Assembly: GCF_030684315.1 (NCBI RefSeq)
Contig: NC_081365.1
Span: 34,251,394 to 34,315,393, forward strand
DNA from: Stegostoma tigrinum
Taxonomy: Eukaryota
Direction: 5' to 3'
Length of the DNA: 64,000 bases
This document shows positions 26,341-39,869 of the stretch, piece after piece. Below the pieces are notes generated by a model, which was not told the DNA's origin, made no database searches, and was given only the letters and a program-made list of their open reading frames with translations. Numbering within the stretch: position 1 is the stretch's first letter; every line of letters begins with the position of its first letter. The translations under genes were made by a program, and so were the position numbers.

Positions 26341-29300
26341 AGTTTGCAACCTTGCATCCTGCTTGTAAATTTCACAATACTTGATGAAGGCTCCCATAAT
26401 GCTCATTTACTATTTTGAAAAAATAAGCAGTTCTTGCTAAAATAGTGTAAGTGAATTGGAGATTTTATAGTAAAAGTGAATGGCAAGGCAAGGCATGGCA
26501 TAAAAGAAATTAACCTATTTAGCAAGAGTAACAGCATTACTTTATGACCATTTAATCATGTGCAAGTAGGGCTTTGCTTAATAGCCATTAAGCATTAGCT
26601 TATTGGTTTAACTGTTTCCTTGTTTAACATTTTGAAAGATAGTCATATAAATGAGCTAGTCAAAATTTTAGTTTTTGATTGATAGGTCTTCAAATTCCTG
26701 CCCTTATTGACACTTGGCATTCATCAACAATTTTGTTTATCCAGAAAATGTTTTCTGGTATTTACGACAATCAGGATCTCCCTTGCTTCTCGTCACCTGG
26801 AATGTCTGCCCCATTGACTATATGTTGGTATGTATAAAAATGTTCAACCTCTGAATAATTTGATTATACCAACTATCTTCAATAATCATCCTAAAGCACT
26901 GATCTAAATACTTTTCCTTGCACTTGCAGGATTTCTTCACTGTTTTTGTGAAGTAATCTTCAAGGGAAATAGTTTTTTATATAGGAAAAGTAAGCACAGA
27001 TATCATGTTCTCTTGGTATTACCAGCAATTTTAAAATAATCCGCATGGAATAATTCTGGCAGGATACATGGTGTTAAAATGGACCATTGGTAATTTAATG
27101 AACCATTAAAAATTGTTTAAGAGGTCTAGTGTACAACTTTAACAACTAGCTTATTTAACATAGTTTCTAAGAAAATAAAATTACCAAGGTAAAAACAGGT
27201 GGTAAAATTTGCACGTCTAGCCCGAACGTATATATGAAAAAGCAAATTGCCTTACCATTCATTTTCCCCTTTGCTGCCTCTAGATGTCTATCAGTATCAA
27301 TTGGCTAATAGAAAATTTGCAAGTTGGCAAGAATATCAGTAATGCCTAGTATATTTTAGTTAGCTATTGTGATCATATTTTGTTTGGTCAATTCACCACT
27401 ATTTAAATTGGCTAAAAGAGAAATTTCAGTAGGAATAATAAATGTAGTGTGAATATGAAAGATGCAAAATTAGGAACAATTTTACATAACCATTTTGCCA
27501 CATTTAAATCAACAAGACCCTTGCATATTTTTTAATCCTGACTCATAGTGGTATTCAGAATTGTTACATCACAGGTTGGTATGTTTTTATTACTAATGCA
27601 CCAGTTTCAGTTCAATCAACAGCTAACTGGGTGACATTTTACTGTGAATGTTTTTATACATTAAGTAGCATAATCCTTTGGAACAGTGGTAATGGAAAAT
27701 TTAAAATGGTTCTAGCCTTATGGTTAGAAGTAGGAATACAACATGTTGTACAAAATATTTTTGAGGATAAACTGGTGTGAATACATACGTCATTGTAATT
27801 TTCTACTGACACATTGCAACAGTAAGGCATTATTGTTAAGCATTGATTTGTATATTGCTGTGTACTGGTATAATTTGATGAACATACAATGTACAGTATC
27901 ATTTCTGGCTCATGATAAACTCGGTTAGAAGTTCAAAGAGTAACATTTGGGACACTGTAAGAACTAAACTGTCAGGATATTAAATTTTATGCTTTGACAA
28001 ATTTAGTTACTTGATTTTTTTTTGGTGTTTTTGTTTATTTCTGGTCCTACATATTATTCCGTGTTTAGTCTTAGGTTTTCTCAATACGTCGTTTGTGATT
28101 TGCATGGGTACACATTTGTAGATCTTTTCAGTTGTATATTTTTTCATTGTATATTCAATTTTCTAAAACATTTGTATACATTTAACTGAAAGTCACTAAA
28201 TCGAATCTTGATGATTTAAGGGGCCTTTAGTGTACTACTGATGACTTTAGAGAAGTATTTATGACAAATTTTGTTGTGAATTTCTGGAAAATTACTTAAT
28301 CTTTAAGGGATTGAACATTTTGAACAATGCCTGAACCAACAACAGTATTTGGATTTGGCATCAGCAATGAAGCAATTGATTGCCTTTTTTTAAGGCATCA
28401 GCAATAGCTCATTTCTTCCAACACTTAAACATTTAGTTATTAAATATGATATAATGTCACTATGCAGAGATTAATTTAAAATTGAGTACCCCATTGGAAA
28501 GTAATGAAAGGAAGTAATGAAAATAATACCATTAACTCCAGGTAGTTTGACAACTAATTTAGGTGCCTAAGAAGCTATAATTCAGCTTTTACAGATTTTA
28601 CTTTTTCAGCTTATTATTTTTCAGATTCTTATCTATGTTTTCCTCTGGTCAGTTAACTAAATATCTGATTGTTGGGAATGATCCTTCTTCCCTAACTGTA
28701 AAATGCTTTATTTAGTAAATTCGTTCATCAAATGTAGATAAATCATCACGCAACATATAGGTGAAAGTTTGAACTGGAACTAGGAAACTGTTTTGGACAT
28801 TTCAACTCAGGAGCCAGCAAAACAAACTGGTCTAAATTAGCAGGTAATACCTATAACTGAAGACAATTTTCCATCCTTCACAAACAAGATGTGACAACAA
28901 CTTGCTCGAAATTTTAAGATTTTTTTAAGAAAAGACTGATTTAGATTATTGCACATATTTCTGATTTTACATGATACTGCCTGGTTTTAAGGTCATGTTA
29001 AATGGCTACTAGTCTGGTCTGCTGTACATGCGATAAATATTTGAGCTTTAAGATGTTAATTTATTTCCTACCCCTTTAATTTAAAAATATCTATTCAAAC
29101 AAGAACCTATTTTTCTAATTTATTATGGAACCGGATACACAGCGATAGGTATTCATGATGAACTGCTCAATTGTATTAGAAATGCAAAATTTAACAATAT
29201 TGCTTCTGTCTGCATTAAGGTACTCTTTGGTTTTTAACTTCCCTTTTCAAAATCTGTTCCATTGTATAGTGAGTAATTACAGATAAAGCTGTCTTCGATA

Positions 29301-29557
29301 ACTGCCATGAAAGATTTCCATTGCAGCTAGATTTTTTTGTATTGTAATGTGGTCATTTTATCTAATCATTTTGTATTCATTTTTGTAATGGCGTCTCGGT
29401 TCATTAAAAATGACTTAAATACTGATGGGAAACTTAATTATTCCTCCTTACCTTTGTGCAGTTCATTTTTTGAAGAACCATTAATAGCTAATCTTAAACA
29501 GTCTGTTAATCATCTCGGAGAAAGATGTATCCCCAGGCTTTTGAATTTAACTTTTAA

Positions 29558-29570
29558 AATAAAGAATAAA
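29558..29570 (+). terminator. Candidate distal poly(A) signals (tandem AATAAA)
   Basis: AATAAAGAATAAA after TGTA-rich sequence (29338-29390), at the edge of the TE-poor zone. Confidence 0.4.
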
Positions 29571-29839
29571 TAGCACTAAAACTTATTTATTTTCACCAGA
29601 ACAGCACTATCTACAACAATCCCAATGACATACATCAAATAGATAATAACAGTAGTCAGCAGAGGCAATGCTTCTCTTCTTTCACATTGAATGCCATATC
29701 GTTCCCAAAATGATGATCATATACTCATTTCTGAATGTGCAGGGGGCCATGGGTGGCTACCCTTTTCGAACAGAAGCACTTCGAAAGATGTGAATCTGGT
29801 AAGGATACCAATTGTGTGCAACATTTGGGCTGTCTAGTC

Positions 29840-31300
29840 TACTGGGTATTAATCTATATTTAGTATCTTGTACAGTGTGTGGCAGGTCATTGATGAAATT
29901 TTAATTCAACAATATGTAGAATCAAAAACTAGCCTAAAGGTGACCTTACAATCAGTGTGATTTATTATAAAACCCATTTGTTTCCCTAATGTCCGATAAG
30001 GAAGGAAATCTGCCATCTTTGCCTGGACTGGCCAGCAGGTAATTCCAACCCACAACAATGTGGTTGACACTTAACCACCTTCTGAAATAGCCTAGCAAGT
30101 CAGCCAGTTTTATCTAGTCACTACAAAGTCTAAAGAAAGGAATGAAACCAGACTGGCCACCTTGCATCAATCCAGGCAGCGCAAGCAGAAGCAGCAAACA
30201 CAGCCATCCCAGCCTTGCAAAATCCTCTTTACCAAAATCTGGGGGCTTGTGCTAAAATTGAAAGAACTGTCTCATAGATAAGCCATTTTTTCAGTACCGT
30301 ACCTGACAGACAACGTTCAAAAATCACATTTTACCAGGTTATAGTCCATCTATAAGATAAGCTTTTGGAGTCTCACTTCTCCAGGTGTCATGAGCCATTC
30401 CCAGTAGCGCCACCACTAACCAAACCAGCCAAGTTCGTAAAACTGGGTCTGCAGCAAGCGATGATGAAATAAACGTAAGGGAAAAAAATCTAATTGACAT
30501 CACCCTCGCCAATCTACCTGTTGCGGATGCAATCTTCCATGACTTTAGTGGTAGCTGACTGCTCACACAGCGCTCATGAAGGTAAAATCCTGTTTTCACC
30601 TAGAGGATGGCCTCCACTGTGTTGTATGATTCTACCACTGTATTAAATGGTGTGTATTTTGAACAGACCTAGCAATTCAAAACTGAGCATCTGTGAAGCA
30701 TTGTGCGCCATCACCAACAGCAGTGTTCTGCTTGACCGCTATCTGTGACCTAAAGGCCCAGTTTATTGCTCATTCTACTGCTACCATCAGATCATGAGAT
30801 TAGCCCTTGGTCAATGAAGAGTGCAGGAGATCAAAAATGAAGTGTCAACCTGTGAAGCTACAGCACAGGATAACTTGTATGGAAGCAGCATGCATAGACA
30901 TGACTAAGTGAATACACAACCAGTAGACAAACCTAAGTGCAGTAATACAGCTACATCCATCATGAATGGTGGTGGACATGGAACAATAGGGGAGTCCAGC
31001 ACCTCAGTCCAAGAAACAAAGGCTGATATATTAGTGTCTGTTTTCAGCCAGCAGTCCTCAGTGTCAGAACTGCCAGTGTTCAGCCAATTTTATTTCTTCG
31101 AGATGATATGTATCTTATGAAGGCTTTGGATACCTGACAGCATCCTGGCAATAGTACTGACAATGTACATTCCAGAACTATCCAAATCCCTGGCCAAACT
31201 GTACCGGCTACAACATTGGCACCTACACCATGATGTAGAAATTGCCCAGATATGTCCCAGGCACAAGAAGCAGGACAAATCCAACTCAACCACTTACCTG
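29840..31300 (+). mobile_element. Degenerate CR1-group LINE whose 5' end matches the tRNA-headed SINE
   Basis: 29968-30085 aligns to SINE body 61660-61774; then KIWGLVLKLKELSHR (EN start), RGKNLID-like EN end, and IPELSKSLAKL..IAQICPRHKKQDKSN (RT start). Confidence 0.75.
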
Positions 31301-31715
31301 AGATCTGCAATCCCACTTATCCCCAATAACAATTCAATCCCTTGCTGAAGAAGAATCTACCTAGTCTTAAAAATATTCAAAATGTCTGCTTCTACAACCT
31401 TTTTTGCAGTAAGAGGCTTTAAAGATTCATGACTCTCTGAGAGAAAATGTTTTGCCTAATTTCCTTTTTAAATGGGCAACTCCTGGTTTTTAAACAGTGA
31501 ACTACAGTTCTAGATTCTCCCATAGGCAAAAATATCCCTTCCAAATCTTCCCTGACAAGACCTCTAATAGTTTTGTGTTTGTCATGTTGCCACTTACAGT
31601 TCTAAACTCCAATGGAATAAAGCATAATCCGTGCCAGCTTTCCTCCTAAAACAATCTGCCTATTCCAGTCATCCAGTAAATCTTCTCAGAACAACCTCGA
31701 ACACATTTACATCCT
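31300..31715 (-). mobile_element. Old CR1 3' fragment
   Basis: Antisense RT C-terminal remnants similar to 17300-17690. Confidence 0.6.
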
Positions 31716-31739
31716 CAATTTCAATTTCATGTGAAAGTT

Positions 31740-31880
31740 TGCACCACTGATAGTGCAACATTCCTTTGGAACAGCATTGGAGTGGCAGCCTTGATATTTG
31801 TGCTTGTGGCATAGAATTGGACTTGAATCTACAGCTTTATCATTCTGAGATGAGAGTACTACCAACGAAGCTACAGCTGA
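31740..31880 (-). mobile_element. tRNA-derived SINE 5' part (DeuSINE/SacSINE-like)
   Basis: Minus strand TCAGCTGTAGCTTCGTTGGTAGTACTCTC...GATTCAAGTCC...GCACAAATATCAAGGCTG. Confidence 0.5.
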
Positions 31881-32544
31881 TCAACATTTCCCCATCCCTC
31901 CTTTCACATTATTTGAAAATGCTAAAGACTGTTGTGTTTTGTAAAAAAAATCAATAACCTCTCCTTACATGAATCTTTTGTCACCATGTTCAGTAAACTC
32001 CCCTTAATTATGGTCCCCCTCTGCAAGGCTAGACTACACAGAGGACAGGTGTAAAATATGAAGACTAGCTGACCCCATCTAGTCTCAATTATTCACATGT
32101 GGAGCAATCTCAAAGTCATAGAGATCTGCAGCGTAGAATCCTTTGGCCCAACTTGACCATGCCAACCAGTTTTTCACAAACTAGTTCCATTTACCTGCAT
32201 TTGGTCCATATCCTTCCATATCTACCCCATCCATGTACCTGTCTAAACATTTCTTAAATGACGAAATTGTATTTGTTGCAGTCCATTCCAAACACACAGT
32301 GCCAGCTGAAAAGATTGTCCCTCTGGACTTTTTTGTATCTCTCTCCTCTCACCTTAAACCTATGCCCTCTAGTGTTAGATTCCCCCACCATTGGGGAAAA
32401 GCTAGATCAAAGACACCCTGCAGTGTAGAAACAAGCCACAAACTCACACTGAACCTCAGAGCATCCCACCTGGAGGAACAAAGCAGACCTGGCAGCTTCT
32501 GGGGAGCAGAAAAGTTGATGTTTGGGTCCTTCATTCCTAGGATC

Positions 32545-32868
32545 ATAAAGTCACCAGTGTGAAAGCAAGCCATTCACCCCCACATGTCCACACCTACTCA
32601 CTGAAGAGCATCTCACCCAGACCTACTGTGTCGATGTAACACTGCATTTCCCTGCTAACCACTGAGCCTGCACATCCCCAGACACTATGGGGCAATTTAG
32701 CCTGGCCAATCCACCTAATCTGCATATTTTTGGACTGTGGGAGGAAGCCACAGCACCTAGAGAAAACACAGAGACATGGGGAAAAATGTACAAACTCCAC
32801 ACAGATAGCCACACAAGGGTGGTATTGGACCCAGGTCCCAGACAGAGTGCTAATCACTGTGCCAACCC
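32545..32868 (-). mobile_element. HE1-like SINE
   Basis: V-domain and tail homologous to 43492-43810. Confidence 0.85.
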
Positions 32869-32903
32869 ATTCCAAAATTTTGCCAATGACCAAAGTCAGG
32901 CTA

Positions 32904-33137
32904 GGAGAAAATTATTGGAGATGCTGGAATCTGAACTGAAAACAATAAATGCTGGAGATCACAGTGGGTAAGGCAACGTCCATGGAGAGAGAATAAGCTA
33001 ATGTTTTGAGTCTGGATGACTCTTCATCAGAGCTGGTGATCATAGCAGTTCTGTCATCTAGACTCAAAATGTTAGCTTGCTCTCACTCCATGGATGCTGT
33101 CTGACCAGTTGTGATCTCCAGCATTTGTTGTTTTAAG
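32904..33137. mobile_element. Penelope pLTR palindrome with hammerhead fold, inserted in a CR1 fragment
   Basis: Inverted arms; TSD GTCAGGCTA at 32895-32903 and 33138-33146. Confidence 0.85.
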
Positions 33138-33589
33138 GTCAGGCTAACTGGCCTGTAATTTCCCATTTTCTGCCTCTCTATTCTTAAACTTATTCAATAC
33201 CCCTACCATTTCCTGGTTCCCCATTATTATTTCCCTAGCCTTGCTCTCTAAGAGATCTATATTCACTTTCGCTTCTGTCTTTCATTTTATATATTTAAAG
33301 AAGCTCTTGCTGTCCTTTTTGACGTTACTTTCTGGTTTACCTTCAAAGCTTATTTTCTCCTTTTGACATTTTTTTTGGTTTTTAAAACTTTCCTAATTCT
33401 GCTTACTTCTTATATTTACCATTTTGTATGTTTTCTCTTTCAATTTGATGCATGCTAACCATGGTTAGTTTGCCCTTCCTGGAATCCTCCTTCCTCACTG
33501 AGATATCTCTTTGCTGTAAACAATGAACTACTTCCTTCGAAGTCTGCTGTTATTTATCAATTGTCTTTACTATTAAACTTCTTTCAGAC

Positions 33590-33775
33590 TTTTGAATGGA
33601 CCTGTCAAAGGTTAATAATCTATCTCTGCAATTTTTCTTCAGCTATAATATTGTATTCTACATTCTGTCTAGCTACCCTGATGCACTTTACATGGTACGA
33701 TCTACCTGTATGCATGCAAAACAACACTTTTCACTGAATCTCAGTAGATGTGACAACAATAAATCAAACAAACAA
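33590..33775 (+). mobile_element. LINE 3' tail (Rex1/Babar-like)
   Basis: CACTTTTCACTG..TCTCAGTA..TGTGACAACAATAAATCAAA; same tail reversed at 54062 and 59658. Confidence 0.55.
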
Positions 33776-34569
33776 GCTTCAGCTCATTCCTTTGTAATTA
33801 CCCTTATTTAAGCTTAGGATAGTTGGTTTCCAAAACAAATTCTTCTGTCTCAAACTGAATGCTAAATTCCACCATATTACGGTCACTATTCTTAACAGGA
33901 TATTGTACCCTGACATCATTTATTAAAACTACCTCTTTCATGCATTAAACTGTTTCTAAATGACATTGTAATTACTTTTGATGCATGTTTCATATGGGAA
34001 TATTCTCAGGACCCCACTCAATTTATCCTCCCACAATTCAGAGACTTTTTTAGGTTCACAGTTGCTGAAAATAACCATATGCGATATGTGTTGGCTGGAC
34101 TTTTTGTGAAATATTTGTTTCATGCTATGCCACTGACAAAGCTGTACAGCTAGCTAATCAAAGAAAGACCTAAACCAGTACTCTTTTACCTTACAACAAT
34201 AGTCTGGTCTGGTCCTCGCATCCCAGGGAGGTAGGCCAATTGTGCCTCTGCTTGTAACTTATCCTTCCCCTAAAACCCAGCTAAAAGTGATGGGGCTAGA
34301 TCTTGAGTGGAAAATCACAGTTAAAATGCATATTTTAATGCCCTTTAAAGTGGAAGAACTAGGTAAGTTATGCATGTGTACATATTCATTGGCATGTGTC
34401 ATGCCTGTTGACCAAAGAATGTCAACCCATGAAGATTGAGTGATAATCAACTGGAGCTATGACCACAATGTTAGGAGACACTGTGCAATCCTCCACGAGG
34501 GACACAATAAACCTCAACGCAAATGCCATTGGCAGCAAGTCTGAACCAGCATTCTCTATCATAAAGAGA

Positions 34570-34825
34570 GGGTGGCATAGTGGCTCCATGGTTAGCACTA
34601 TTGTGTCACAGCGCCAGGGACACTGGTTCAATTTCAGCTTCAGGTGATTGTCTGTGTGGGTGTCCTCCCACTGTCCAAAGACGTGTCGGTTAGGTGGAAT
34701 AGCCATGAGAAAAGCAGGGTATAGGGATAGGGCAGGGCAGTGATTCTGGGTGGGAGGTTCTTCAGAGAGTCAGTGTGGACTTGTTGGGCCACATGGCCTG
34801 TTTCCATACTGTAGGAATTCTATTC
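34570..34825 (+). mobile_element. HE1-like SINE (internally deleted)
   Basis: Head GGGTGGCATAGTGGCTCCATGGTTAGCAC; tail GGCCTGTTTCCATACTGTAGGAATTCTA. Confidence 0.85.
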
Positions 34826-35444
34826 ATATATTCCACCATAATATTTCAGAAGCAGGTGAGATATAAAATCAATATTGCTGCTCTCAATTACAAAAAAAAA
34901 ACCCTGGGTGGATGAAGGAGCACTTTTATTTATTTTCTGGAAGGGGAAATCAAAAATCAAATCAATATGATCACTTCAAAAAGAACAGCAGACCGACGTG
35001 GACCTGCTGGAGATACAGAACAGGAAGGAAGATAAATATGTCAGATTTGGGGAAAAGAATCAACATGATATAAAAGGAAATTTGCGATTGATTGGTTTAT
35101 GAGTAAGTGCTGTTGGGGACTGTTTGTAATGAGCTAAATTTGAGAAAAATGCTTTTTTTTTTAAAAACAACCTTGCTGGAAGTTATTTGAGAGTCTAGTC
35201 AAAGAAAGAAACAAGTGATGTCATTATTAATCTTTTTTCAGTGGTAAAGCTATTTGATTCTAAGGTTTAAGTTAGTACAGTAAAGTGGCGGTGAGAAGAG
35301 GCTTAATACTGAGTCGTAATTAAACATCTAAGACAATAAAAGATTAGATTGCAGGTGACGTGATGGATGAAGTGGGAGCTCTTGGATTCCAGTGTGATCC
35401 AGGGTAGACAGGTAAATTTTTGCAGCTTAAGCAGCTTTGGTTCT

Positions 35445-35792
35445 GTGCTTTCCAGTCCTCTGGGACCTTCCCTGACTCTAGTGATTCCTGGAAGATCACC
35501 ACTAATGCTTCCACTATTTGTTCAGCCATCTCCTTTAGAACTCTGGGGTAGAGTCCATCTGGTCCAGGTGAATTGTCCACCTTCAGGCCTATCAGTTTTA
35601 CTAGTACCTTTTCCTTGGTGATGGCCACTATATTCAGCTCTGCCCCCTGACTCTCTTGAATTTTTGAGAGATTACTTGTGTCTTCCACTGTGAAGACTGA
35701 CACAAAGTAATTATTCAGTTCCTCAGCCACTTGCTCCTAAGATGCTGCTTTGGCCTGCTGTGTTCATTCAGCTCCACACTTTGTTATCTCAG
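35445..35792. mobile_element. CR1 RT fragment (-) fused to half of a pLTR palindrome
   Basis: ELNNYFVSVFT..SPGPDGLYPRVLKE..VPEDWK; 35732-35792 matches the right arm of 63416-63638. Confidence 0.8.
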
Positions 35793-37861
35793 CGCTTCAC
35801 TGACAAGCTGCTTAATTCACAGGTATGTGCTCTATTGAATGCCCTCTTGTCTTCATTTGTAATTTACAATAATAACTTAAAGGCTTGGTGCTCCACCTTA
35901 TTTCATATTTGTATTTTATACTGTTATCTGACAATCAACTTGCTGCATCACTTGACAGAACAAATGAACTAGTCAGCTTTGATGCATCACAAGGAGGGAT
36001 TTTTATGACATCTAACTAACTGTTTCCTTTCTCATTCTTACAGAAGATTAAGATGAAAACTGGAATCGTGCCTTTTCAAAGCTGTCAAGATTATCTTATC
36101 TATTTCAGAATTTAAGCTATTCAGTGTAAATGTATCCATTTATAACATCTTCTTGAGATAATGCTTTCTTAGCTCATAATTAATTTACCATAAAACATCC
36201 TTTTGTTACCGTAACTGTTCTCAAAATAATATCAATTCTGATGTGGTTATGACAGCTGATGGAAAAGTCACTGGGCTTCACAAAAAAATGGATTCTCCTT
36301 AAGAGTAAAGAATCAAAGGATTATTAACCAATCTAGATAGCTACTCTTTTAATACAGAAAAATAGACAGGTATCATGGACAACATTACATCTTAAATACA
36401 TGAAATTGTAAAATGAACAATGGTTAAAATTTCCTCTAAACAACCATAAGACAAAGCAAAACAAAAATCATCTCATCAATTAGGCCCACATTCAAAATAA
36501 GTTAACAAATTGCCTCCTGGATTATTTGTTCAAATTTTTAAAATCAAACAGGGTATTATATTTCTTGAGAATGAATATTATCTGTTCATTCCTTTTTATG
36601 ATCTCAGGTAGTGCATTCATTTCAAAACTAGAAACTAATTGCACAGCCTATGAATAATATTTAGTTTTTTCATGGATATATTACTTTATAACAAAATTTT
36701 TTTTACTGTGCATTGAAAACACAATTACGATTATGGTGAATTTGGTACAATTATTAGAAAACAAAGGAAGCTACTTTACTAAGCAAATAGGATGGTAAAC
36801 AAAACGATGTTTGGTAAGGCACATTAAGGTAATTAGTAGTCACTGTAGTTGAGTGAGTTAGTTCTTATGAAAATGTTACCCAGAAGCAGAAACTGAAGCT
36901 GGATTACTGACTTCATTTTGATCTTTAATTTAACCACAATAATAATTGAATTATTCATTGAACTATTCCATCAAAGCATGTTTGTAAGAAATATTGGAAA
37001 TTTATAGCACATTAGTCCCATCATGTCGATACTGCCAGAAAAAAAGACTCAGTTGGCCTAATCTCACTTTCCAGCTCTTGGTCTGTTAACCTGCAATCTA
37101 TGGCATTTCAAGTGCATATTGAAGAATTATTTAAGTACAGTAAGGATTTCTACATTGTTTACTCTTTCACACAGTGGGTTCCAGACTCCCATATCCCTTT
37201 GGGTGAAAAGCGTTCTTCTCTACCCTCCTTTAATGCTTTTGCTAATTACTTTAAGTCAATCTCCTGAGAAAAAATAAGTCTTTCTTTCCACTCTATGTGG
37301 GACCCTCATCATTTCATAAGCCTCAAATAAATCTCTATCAACCCTATCAATTACAAGGAAAATAACCCCGGTCTATTTGAAAGAGCCATCCAATTAGTCC
37401 TGCTTTACCACTCTTGCCCAGTAACACTGATATTTTTCCCTTTCAAGTAAACATTTTTGAAAGTCATTATTGGCTCTGCTTTCACAACCTTTTCAGGCAA
37501 TGTGTTTTGGATCCTGATAACTCATGTAAATAAAATGACTCTCACACGAGTTAGGTAGCCGTTGCATTTTCTGCATTGAATACATGGGCAGCAACTACAA
37601 CATTTGGCCAAAGACTGTAAGTAACAGAAAAACCCAATACTGTATAAAGGGTCACAGCCCTGAAAACCTTAGGTGACCTCAAATAGTTGTTAATTTTCTT
37701 TTCCTTCATTTTTAGAATATGCCTGATCATCTAATTTTAAATAAATGTATTTTCATTAAAATGTATGTTTGTGTTGCTTAGTAAGCTAAGATCAAAGCCT
37801 GAATATTGAAATAATGGAGGGAATTAAAATTAACTCTAAAATTTCTAGCCAAACTGAAATC

Positions 37862-37867
37862 TTTATT
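37862..37867 (-). terminator. Candidate CD247 poly(A) signal
   Basis: AATAAA on - strand ~870 nt after the stop, followed by T-rich sequence; more distal sites are possible. Confidence 0.35.
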
Positions 37868-38731
37868 AGGAAGTTTAGTCACAGATGAATGCCTAGATGT
37901 GCTGAAAATCATTTGCTGAGTACTCATTGTGATTTTTTTCATTTGACGATGTTAAAGTCGAGAGGGCTGTGGGTAAATTGATTTGCTTCTCAATTGGAGA
38001 GTTTTGCTTTTACTTCAACAGGAAAAGTGAGACTAGATAACTGCCTGGAAACATCTGAAAACCTAATTTCAGACAATATCACTGCAACTTCTACAATCTC
38101 ATTGAAGTGCAAGAATTCAGTGGACAGCTAAAAAAAAGTTTACAATTAAAAAGATCTTGTTACTGTGCATTTCTAATAGTATTTACATGGCTTCTTATCT
38201 GTAGTTGTTTTCATACAAAATTAATCCAAATAAGACTGTTCAGATTAAATTTAAATTCGTTTTCAGAAAAGGACTGAAAACCCTATTTCAATTTTGAAAC
38301 CATCTCTTTGCATTAGAGGCTGGTCATCTTTCAAAATGCCTATTTCCAATTGTTATTTTCGTTTCCTCTACTTTTAAATACTTTCAGTATTGGAAAGATT
38401 TAAGTATGACATATACAAAAATGCAACTAAAAAATCTTTCAAAGATGCGTGTAAACTTAATCTATTCCATATTACCTGAAAAACATCAACACAACATGAT
38501 CCATAGAAGGAAAATAAGGTTTCAGGCATCAAAACTGTCACTCAGAATCCTGCTGTTATAGTGATATTTTTAAATCATGCAAATTTTTTAAAAATCTGGA
38601 TTTTTCAAGTAAATAACTTTGTCAGGAACAATTTCCAAAATAGTATTAACTTTGATGCATGTAAAATGGAGTTAATCCTAAAGGATTTTCACTTTCTGTC
38701 ATCATGGTGTTCCAATATCAATCACAGAATC

Positions 38732-38815
38732 TCAGCGACGAGGGTGTGGAGGGACAGCTGGTAATGGCTGCATTTGCAGCTGGTCATATGTGTCTTGCGT
38801 AGCTGTACTCAGTCC
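38732..38815 (-). CDS. CD247: CD247 (CD3 zeta) last coding exon
   Basis: ttttgcag|GLSTATQDTYDQLQMQPLPAVPPHPRR*; matches human [21 protein letters not shown]. Confidence 0.96.
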   Translation of the reverse strand, partial: GLSTATQDTYDQLQMQPLPAVPPHPRR

Positions 38816-39869
38816 CTGCAAAATAAATCGTTTCATGGGATTGTTAGTTCATTGAGTGTATCAAAAGGGAATACATTTCTCTCAATACATTTTGCTCTGC
38901 GGAGATAACTTTCTTGCAGGAAATGTGGGCTTGCACAGAACATTGGTCAAGGATGACTGCTCAGCTTCCTGATCTTTCAGCAGATAATTCCATTGCATAC
39001 GACAATCTGCCATGAGCATAGGAGTACAAAATATTGCTTTAAGTTGTTTCTATTTTTGATTTTCCTTAATAAAGGGACAGATTAAAAGCTCTCACATGAG
39101 AATCACTGTTGAACCTATGGCGCCTCAGAGTGAAAAAGTCAGAAATATAGTATAGAGAGGTAAGAAGATGCTGTTTTATTACCTTTGTAAGTATTGATTC
39201 ATGCAGCTTTGGTTAATAGTATTTCAAGATTTTGAACAAGATAAGTACTTAATGCATGCTAATGAATAGATTTAACAAACTGTGAAGTGGACATAAATAG
39301 CAAACTAAGGAATGGTTAAGCAGGTTGTGTGTCTGAAGGATGATGTGTTTGACTTTGTGGATGACAATACCAAAACTGAACACACCTATGATAAATGTTT
39401 CCATCTTGAATCTCTGGCTAATGATTCATTGAACTGGACTGTAAATTGACATAAGGAAGGGGAGCAGTATCTAGGCAGTTTACTCAAGACTTCAGACATA
39501 TTTTATGGAGAGGTGCAGGTTTTGAATAGAGTTGGTACAACAATAATATGCTGAGTAATGGGAGGGAGGGGAATCTTTGGAGAGTGAAGAATCATAGAAA
39601 CTATCCTATCCAACAACATTGATGAACTTGCTACATTTGAAGGTGGGGATAAAGACTGTTGGAAAGATGTCTGAAATGTGAACTACATGTCAATTATATA
39701 GCTTCCAATTTCTGGCACTCGAGCAGGACTTTGCAGACTGAAACTCTGAGCCACATGAAAATTGGTAAAGGGAAAAGCAGGTTAGGAAGGTGAACACATG
39801 ACGTAAGGAGTACTTTGAGAAAGATGGGTCCCATTTCATGGGTACTGGACACAGCACTGGGCTAGAAAA

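Noticed and set aside
25935-28105. Octamer motifs ATTTGCAT at 25935, 26095 and 28098 (others at 5127, 17883, ~52173) as autoregulatory sites
   Set aside because: The total is near chance expectation for AT-rich DNA and there is no conservation evidence.
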